From Candidatus Iainarchaeum sp. (GTDB lineage Archaea > Iainarchaeota > Iainarchaeia > Iainarchaeales > JAZDDZ01): a DNA stretch of 14,591 nucleotides. The position numbers were made by a program, and so were the translations under genes. The stretch lies in contig JAZDDZ010000046.1 of assembly GCA_043809245.1 (NCBI GenBank), forward strand, positions 1 to 14,591, in the 5' to 3' direction. The notes beneath the pieces are model-generated. The model did not search any database and was not told the origin of the DNA. It saw only the letters and a list, made by a program, of their open reading frames with translations. Positions 1 through 6,046 of the stretch are shown here, piece by piece (the stretch's first letter is position 1; each line of letters starts with the position of its first letter).

Positions 1-140
1 GTGCTTTTTCTCGAACAACATTTACAGAATTAGTGCGTTTAAGGGGACCATCTGGCTGTTCCCCTTAACAACCCCTTACCAAAGCCTCGATTCATCTATC
101 CCCTAAAGGGGATAAAGGTTTCTCTCGGCAACGGAACTAA
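1..140 (+). mobile_element. Probable terminus of an IS200/IS605-like element; remainder lies left of the window
   Basis: Hairpin TATCCCC-TAAA-GGGGATA (97-114) in the context TTCATC...GGTTTCTCTCGG resembles IS200/IS605-family subterminal hairpins. A second inverted repeat is TTAAGGGGA/TCCCCTTAA (39-47/60-68). The opposite-strand restriction gene loses recognisable character at about 137-140. No transposase is visible in the window. Confidence 0.45.
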
Positions 141-404
141 AGAAATGCCCACTTTTTTTACTTCCAAATAAAATACAATAGTATCATTTATTTTGAAAGA
201 ATAATCTGCTATTCCTCTTTTGCCCTCTCTTCCCGCTTTGGGTCGTTTGTCAAAATCTCCTTTAGTCCAACCTAAAGCTTCAAACAAAGGCTCAATTAGT
301 TTAGTTTCAGTATCCGCTTCCGAACCCTGCTCATACTTTGAATAATTAGCCCTAAAATCATTAATTAATTCTTGAATTTTTGCCTTGACTTGTTCTTCTT
401 GCAT
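96..404 (-). pseudogene. Truncated N-terminus of a restriction endonuclease (HsdR_N-like / type IIG restriction-modification) gene
   Basis: SEADTETKLIEPLFEALGW...GIADY...FYLEVKK is the HsdR_N-type PD-(D/E)xK signature. The ORF stops about 19 aa after ExK, and its last residues (VPLPRETFIPFRG) are read from the hairpin element. AT-rich. Confidence 0.7.
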
Positions 405-426
405 ACTTTGTTAAAGACAAAAAAAC

Positions 427-434
427 TATATAAA
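427..434 (-). promoter_or_regulatory. TATA box (TTTATATA) for the restriction gene; probably a leaderless transcript
   Basis: Box ends 22 nt upstream of the ATG at 404, with no Shine-Dalgarno sequence between them. Confidence 0.5.
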
Positions 435-523
435 ACCCACTTTAACGAATTTAGGGGTAGATTTGTTAATTTAAGAGCAGAACGAAATAAAGGTGCAAAG
501 TTTGCTGCAACTGTTCAATAAGT

Positions 524-742
524 TTAATCAGTAGGTGCTTTAAAACCCGCAAATTTTTTGGTTATTATAAAATACGCTCCACCGAGTAATTCCAAGCCGA
601 CTATTATTTGATAACCATTAATATTATGTGAAAGAATTGGTTCAATAATAATAAAAGCTCCAAGTAGCATGACTAAAATAGCAAGACCTAAACGGCAATA
701 ATACTCCCCTCTTTTTTCTTGTTCTAACTTAACTGCGTCCAT
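524..742 (-). CDS. Small hypothetical membrane protein (about 72 aa, 2 TM)
   Basis: MDAVKLEQEK... with two hydrophobic segments (LGLAILVMLLGAFIII; IIVGLELLGGAYFII). The ATG at 742 is preferred over the 781 track start because it minimises overlap with the upstream ORF. Confidence 0.55.
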   Translation of the reverse strand: MDAVKLEQEKRGEYYCRLGLAILVMLLGAFIIIEPILSHNINGYQIIVGLELLGGAYFIITKKFAGFKAPTD

Positions 743-1020
743 ACGAAAACCAAGCCGAGTATTCCAAGAGCTGGAAGCCATTGCCCAAAGAATGCAAAAA
801 TTCCAGCCAAAATTATTCCGCCGACAACAACTGGTTTATGCCTGACTGATAAACCCAAAATCCATTTGCCAGCACCAAGAATCCCCATATATACCATTTG
901 GAATACGCTTTTCTGGCTTAAATGCTTTTCCATTGCCCTGTTTTCTTGTTTTTTCACCTCCTTTTCGCTTACTCCGTTGTCCATTGCTCCGTTTGGTTTG
1001 CTCCGTTGGGGGCTATTCAT
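724..1020 (-). CDS. Hypothetical membrane protein (98 aa)
   Basis: Charged N-terminus followed by a hydrophobic C-terminal half. A G-rich SD-like AGGGGGG lies 6 nt before the ATG. Confidence 0.55.
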   Translation of the reverse strand: MNSPQRSKPNGAMDNGVSEKEVKKQENRAMEKHLSQKSVFQMVYMGILGAGKWILGLSVRHKPVVVGGIILAGIFAFFGQWLPALGILGLVFVWTQLS

Positions 1021-1175
1021 TTACAGCCCCCCTGAAAATCCGCCGACAATGCAAAGGGCGAAAAAACCAGCCGAGAATGCAAAAGAACCCGCAAACAATA
1101 TGTTTAAATAGAACCACAACACAGTATTATATAATTAACATTAATAAGTGAATTAAACTCTGGTGGGTGTAGGGA

Positions 1176-2024
1176 GTGGGTTTTTTCGTGCATAAGGCTT
1201 TGCTGGCTTTTGCCTGTGTTTTGGCAATTATGGCTTGCGGGAGCGCTTTGGCTGCGGATTTTTCAGTGAGCGGTTTTCCTGCAACAGTCAGCTTTTATGC
1301 TGCGCCAAAAGACATTTCATTTACTGTGAAGAATGATTCCAATTCCATAAGGAGCCTCTCCGTGGATTTCTTTGTTCCAGTGGAAGTCAAATTTTTGGAA
1401 TTGCCTGACTTCATTGGCGCTGGAGAAGAAGCGCAAGTTAAGGCAAGGCTTTTTCCGAAAGAGGAATTGATTGGTTCAAAGTACAACAGCCGCGCGGTTA
1501 TTTTTGTGGGCGCGGAAAAGGCTGAGAAAACCTTAAGGCTGAATTTTTTTGCAGCGGAAAAATGCATGTTGGATTTATCAATCGCAAAAAAGGAAACCGA
1601 TGTGAACGGATTGCATGACATTAACCTCCTAATACAAGCATCAAACCCAAGCCTCGCTTCGGCGAAATTGGAATTGCTTGAATTGAAGGGGCTGCCAAGT
1701 GACTGGGGTTATTCAATTGTTGGCGGGGAAAAAAAAGTTTCAGTTGAAGCGCAAGGGAATTCCGTAATAGAAATTGACTTGATTGAAAAAAGCGCTTTTG
1801 ACGGAAATGTTTCCGCAATTCTTTCCTGTGATGGCTTCCGCGCGGGGCAAACAGTTTCCGTTAAGCATGAATCCAGTGAAAGCGGGGCTGGGCTGATGGT
1901 TTTAAGCGGTTTGGCGTCTTTTTTCACCTCTGAACTGGCATTAGATATATTTTTAGCCTTAATTGCCTCAATTCTGCTGATTGCATTCCTGGCAAGGCTT
2001 GTGAAGAGAGTGGCGGTGAAGTGA
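1176..2024 (+). CDS. Cell-surface protein: signal peptide, two Ig-like (COG1470/NEW3-like) domains, C-terminal TM anchor
   Basis: GTG start, signal peptide ending ALA-AD, beta-rich pattern (FTVKNDS; GLPSDWG), C-terminal hydrophobic helix followed by basic residues. Confidence 0.85.
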   Translation: MGFFVHKALLAFACVLAIMACGSALAADFSVSGFPATVSFYAAPKDISFTVKNDSNSIRSLSVDFFVPVEVKFLELPDFIGAGEEAQVKARLFPKEELIGSKYNSRAVIFVGAEKAEKTLRLNFFAAEKCMLDLSIAKKETDVNGLHDINLLIQASNPSLASAKLELLELKGLPSDWGYSIVGGEKKVSVEAQGNSVIEIDLIEKSAFDGNVSAILSCDGFRAGQTVSVKHESSESGAGLMVLSGLASFFTSELALDIFLALIASILLIAFLARLVKRVAVK

Positions 2025-2025
2025 A

Positions 2026-5000
2026 TTGAAGGGAAGAATTAGCGCTTTATTTGTTTCATTAATATTTATTATGCTGGCTGCGGGTTTCTCGCTCGCGGCA
2101 GACGTTCAAGTGGTTCAGCCAAACGGCTCCGAACTTATAAGCCAGGCGAACGGAAGCTATTCAATAATTTTTGACATAAACGCTTCCGGCGCTGTTTTCG
2201 CGGATGGAAACGAATTCAATTACATTTTGGATACAGCAACTGCAACAGTTTCGTACGGCGCAACAAAAATAGCTGACCTCAACTTGCTTGAAGCAGGAGC
2301 ATGCAACAGCGCAAACCTTTCAAACAAAAGCACTTGTTCGCTTGAATGGAACACAAGCGGCATAAACGGCGCTTATTCAATTACGGTTAATGCAGCGCTT
2401 TCACATGAAGGCGGCACGATTACGTTAAGCGATTCAAGCGACGCGCAATTCAATGTGGATAATGCGGCTCCAACCGCTTCACAGAAAAGCCCGGCACCGG
2501 GAAGCGCCACAAACAACAGGGCTAAGGACATTTCCTTCCTGCTCTCCGATGCCGCAGGCGTGAACATAAACTCGCTTGTGTTGACTGTAAATGACACGAA
2601 TTATTCCTGGCCTAATCCATCGCTTTCATTTGACGCAAACGTTTTAATGTTTGACAATCCAGTGCAGTTTGCAGCGGAAACAGATGTAAACATTTCAGTT
2701 GACGTGAAAGATGTTTTGGGAAACAGGCTTTTCGATAAATGGGCTTTTGTTGTGGACGCAATTCCCCCTGCGCCAATTGACAACCTCGCCTATTCACTTG
2801 ATTCATTCAACCGCTTAAACCTTTCATGGAGCACGCCGGCATCAAGCAAAAGCCCTGTAAGCAATTACAAAGTGTACAGGGCAACCTCTCCGCGAAATGA
2901 ATCAAACAAGGGAACCGCGCTCGGCACAACCTCTTCAACTTCTTACACGGACGCAACAGCCGTTGAGGGAACCTCCTACTATTATTACGTTGCATCAATT
3001 GATGCAGCGGGAAACGAGTCATTGCTTTCAAACGAATTAAGCGCCACTTATTCAACTGATTTCGGGTTAACTCTTGACAAAACCGCGGTGAAAATGGAGA
3101 AAAGCGGTTCGGTCGCGGTAACCGTTACGGCTTTCAACAACACTGCTGAAAGGAAATGCTTTGAATTGAAGTCAACGGTTGACAACAGCAATTTGAAGGT
3201 TGCGATTTCCAACAAAAATTTCTGCTTAAACAAAAATGAAACCCTGAAAACAAGCGCTGTGCTTTCAACATCCTCTTCAATAAGCGACGGGGCATACACT
3301 GCAAGGCTCAGGCTCATCAGCGGTGCAACTGAAAAAAACGCGGAAGTGTCAGTAACAGTCGGCCAGGTGCAGGCAATTGAATTAACGCAACTGAATGCAG
3401 GCGCGGATTTCTGCATTGAAGGCTATTCAAAAAACCTCAAAATAGATGTGAAAAACAATTCCGCTTCAACTGCAACTGTTTTGCTTAACGCGGAATCAGA
3501 ATTGTTTGTGCCGGAAGTGGAAGAAACTGAATTGGAGCTTGCTGCTGGAGAGTCAAGGGAATTGAATGTAAAGGTTAACATAAACCAGACAACGCAGCCG
3601 GGAGATTACACGGTTACGGTTTTCGCGCGCTCAGGAAGCCTGTTGGTTCAGAAAAGCCTTTCATTCACTTTAGAGGACTGCGGCCCAAGCGCGGAAACAA
3701 AATTCTCTGTTTCAATCTCCGGCGGTTGTGTGGAACTGGACAAGAACGCGGGAACAAAAACGCTTTCATTCACTTTGAAGAATCTCGTGAATTACGATTA
3801 CAGCGTTTACCTGAGCGCTTCAGGCGGCTTAAGCTATGACCTCAATTCGCCAGTGGAACTTGAGGCGAACGGCTCTTACAGCGGAAAAATAAAGTTCACA
3901 GGCAGTTTGGATGACGTGAACGGAGACCACAAGATTGTGTTTTACGCTTCAGGCGAAGGCCAGACAACTGACAAGAACCTCTGCATAAGGGTTAAGCCAA
4001 TCCATTGGGCGGAAGTAAGCGTTGAAAAAAATACCGCGGAAGACCATCAAGTCAAATTAGAGCAGGCTGAAACATTCCAGATAAGGGTTAGGAACAGGGG
4101 CGACTTCACTGAAAAGCTTGACTTAAGCATTGAAAGCGTTTTCTCCTCAATTGAATCTGATTTAAGCGAATCCTCAATAACCCTTAAAGCAGGGGAAACA
4201 GGAACCGTGTTTGCAAGTGTGGCGCCAAAAACCGGAACCGCTTTAGGGGACAAAACAATTTACCTTATAGTGAAATCAAAGGGAGCGAAAACCACGACAA
4301 CAAGGACTTCGGGGGACATTTACACGCTAAAGGTGAACAAGTTAAGCGAAAACCTCAACACAAGCTCAATCAAGTGGGTTGCTGGAGGCAGCACTTACAA
4401 TTTGAACAGCAGCCAGTTAAGCTATGACAGCGAAGAAAAATCAATCATCTTCGAGCCAAGCATTGGTTTCACTGAAGGGCAGAAGGCAACGCAAAGCATT
4501 GACTTTTTTGACAGGCGCGGAAACCGCTACTTCCTCTGGTTTGACTTTTTGCCGGGCAATGAAAGGCTTTCAAATGAAAGAATCGTTTTAAGGTTTGACG
4601 ATTTCAAATACGAAGTAGACGAAGGCAGCATCGAGCTTGAGGTCAACGGCATCACTTACAGCGAGGGCGGGGTTGAACTTAATTACAATTCAACCGACAA
4701 GGAACTTGTGTTCGAGCCCGAAGACGAATTCGCGAACAATGAAACAGTCAAAGCCGAGTTAAGGTTCAGCGACGTTCAGGGAAACCAGTTCACATTCAAC
4801 TACGAATTCACTGTAGGCTCAACAACCATAAGGGAGCCTTCACTGAAAGTAAAAATCGGAATGACCGATGCGGCAATTGACTCCGGAACAATTGACTTCG
4901 GCTGGAACGGAAGCTTTTACGATGTAAGCGATTCACAGTTAAGCTATTCCTCTTCAAGCAGGACAATTTCCTTCAATTCAAGGCAGAACTACACCGCGCC

Positions 5001-5955
5001 GAAAGACTTTGACTTTGACATCACATTCAGGGGAGGCACAGCAAACCAAAACCTGCAGGGAACAATTAACGTGAAGGAAAACCTCAAGAGAGACGATGAC
5101 AGGCTTGAAATAACCCTGAACGAACTTGACGGAACAATCAAAAGGGACAGCGTTGAGTTCACTGTAAACGGGGAAACATTTGACGCGGACAGCGATGAAA
5201 TAACAGTCATTGAATCCCAGAACCGCGTAAGCTTTAACCTTGCGAACACGTTTTACTTCGGCGACACGATTGACTTTGAGCTTAAAGCGGAAGACAGCAC
5301 AGGGGATTCAGTTGACTTAACAGGCGAACTTGAGCTTGGCGCCGAGCAGGGGGAAAGCGGAACAGTGACAACAAGCACCGGCGTTTACGTGAAAACACCG
5401 CTTCACTTCAAAGTCATTGAAGCAGACCACAGCCTGCAGGAAGGCGTAATAGAAATAGTTAATTTTCCCTCGGAAATAAGCCTTAACCCGGGCGAGGAAA
5501 AAGAGGCAAGCATTTCAATCAAAAACAATTCCAATGAAACGATTCCAAAAATAACGATAAGGCTCTGGGGCTTAGGCACTGCGACTTACTTCAAGAACCT
5601 TGAAATAATTGATTTGGCGCCAGGGGAAACAAGGACAGTGAAGGGAACGCTGATTGCATCAGAGGCAACGCTGAACAACAAGGCCTATGATTTAACGCTT
5701 GAGGCAAGGTCTGATAAATTCATTGCGACAAAAACAATCAGGTTAAAGGTAGGCGAAGTTGAAGAGCCACAGGGGCCTGTTGAACAAATCCAGGGATTTG
5801 TAATGGGGCTGGTAACCTTTATAAGTAGTCACGCATTAATTGGATTGGGTTTATTAATATTAGTGGTGGTAATAATTGTTATTGTTCTTGCGCTCAAAAG
5901 GCATTATATTGGCCCAAAAGAGCAGGAACAGGTTTGGCTGAAATACAAGCCCTAA
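2026..5955 (+). CDS. Large (1309 aa) cell-surface glycoprotein / adhesin-like protein with Ig-like, fibronectin type III and COG1470/CARDB-like domains and a C-terminal TM
   Basis: TTG start 1 nt after the previous stop; signal peptide SLA-AD. FN3 signature LNLSWS...YKVYR...YTD...YYYYVASIDAAGNES at about 2755-3048. Repeated (V/L)xN strands, many N-x-S/T sequons, and TM LIGLGLLILVVVIIVIVLAL followed by KRH. Confidence 0.9.
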   Translation: MKGRISALFVSLIFIMLAAGFSLAADVQVVQPNGSELISQANGSYSIIFDINASGAVFADGNEFNYILDTATATVSYGATKIADLNLLEAGACNSANLSNKSTCSLEWNTSGINGAYSITVNAALSHEGGTITLSDSSDAQFNVDNAAPTASQKSPAPGSATNNRAKDISFLLSDAAGVNINSLVLTVNDTNYSWPNPSLSFDANVLMFDNPVQFAAETDVNISVDVKDVLGNRLFDKWAFVVDAIPPAPIDNLAYSLDSFNRLNLSWSTPASSKSPVSNYKVYRATSPRNESNKGTALGTTSSTSYTDATAVEGTSYYYYVASIDAAGNESLLSNELSATYSTDFGLTLDKTAVKMEKSGSVAVTVTAFNNTAERKCFELKSTVDNSNLKVAISNKNFCLNKNETLKTSAVLSTSSSISDGAYTARLRLISGATEKNAEVSVTVGQVQAIELTQLNAGADFCIEGYSKNLKIDVKNNSASTATVLLNAESELFVPEVEETELELAAGESRELNVKVNINQTTQPGDYTVTVFARSGSLLVQKSLSFTLEDCGPSAETKFSVSISGGCVELDKNAGTKTLSFTLKNLVNYDYSVYLSASGGLSYDLNSPVELEANGSYSGKIKFTGSLDDVNGDHKIVFYASGEGQTTDKNLCIRVKPIHWAEVSVEKNTAEDHQVKLEQAETFQIRVRNRGDFTEKLDLSIESVFSSIESDLSESSITLKAGETGTVFASVAPKTGTALGDKTIYLIVKSKGAKTTTTRTSGDIYTLKVNKLSENLNTSSIKWVAGGSTYNLNSSQLSYDSEEKSIIFEPSIGFTEGQKATQSIDFFDRRGNRYFLWFDFLPGNERLSNERIVLRFDDFKYEVDEGSIELEVNGITYSEGGVELNYNSTDKELVFEPEDEFANNETVKAELRFSDVQGNQFTFNYEFTVGSTTIREPSLKVKIGMTDAAIDSGTIDFGWNGSFYDVSDSQLSYSSSSRTISFNSRQNYTAPKDFDFDITFRGGTANQNLQGTINVKENLKRDDDRLEITLNELDGTIKRDSVEFTVNGETFDADSDEITVIESQNRVSFNLANTFYFGDTIDFELKAEDSTGDSVDLTGELELGAEQGESGTVTTSTGVYVKTPLHFKVIEADHSLQEGVIEIVNFPSEISLNPGEEKEASISIKNNSNETIPKITIRLWGLGTATYFKNLEIIDLAPGETRTVKGTLIASEATLNNKAYDLTLEARSDKFIATKTIRLKVGEVEEPQGPVEQIQGFVMGLVTFISSHALIGLGLLILVVVIIVIVLALKRHYIGPKEQEQVWLKYKP
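4330..5340 (+). repeat. Four diverged tandem protein-level repeats of about 85-90 aa (Ig-like) within the 1309-aa protein
   Basis: Units align by eye: SSIKWVAGGSTY..QLSY..SIIFEP..DRRGN / GSIELEVNGITY..ELNY..ELVFEP..DVQGN / GTIDFGWNGSFY..QLSY..TISFN / DSVEFTVNGETF..EITV..RVSFN..DSTGD. Confidence 0.75.
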
Positions 5956-5977
5956 AAAAAAGCTTGCCTCAGCCAAA

Positions 5978-6027
5978 TAAGCGTTTTGAACGAGTGAAGC
6001 TTGGTATTTATTTGTTCAACACGCTTA
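5978..6027 (+). other. Long intergenic RNA hairpin
   Basis: 5978-5998 pairs with 6007-6027 at 20 of 21 positions, including three G-U pairs that work only on the + strand. Confidence 0.7.
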
Positions 6028-6046
6028 GAAAAGGGATTGGTGGGGT

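Noticed and set aside
866-1151. Two + strand ORFs (81 and 72 aa)
   Set aside because: They overlap the better-supported minus-strand ORF and lack SD sequences or recognisable features.
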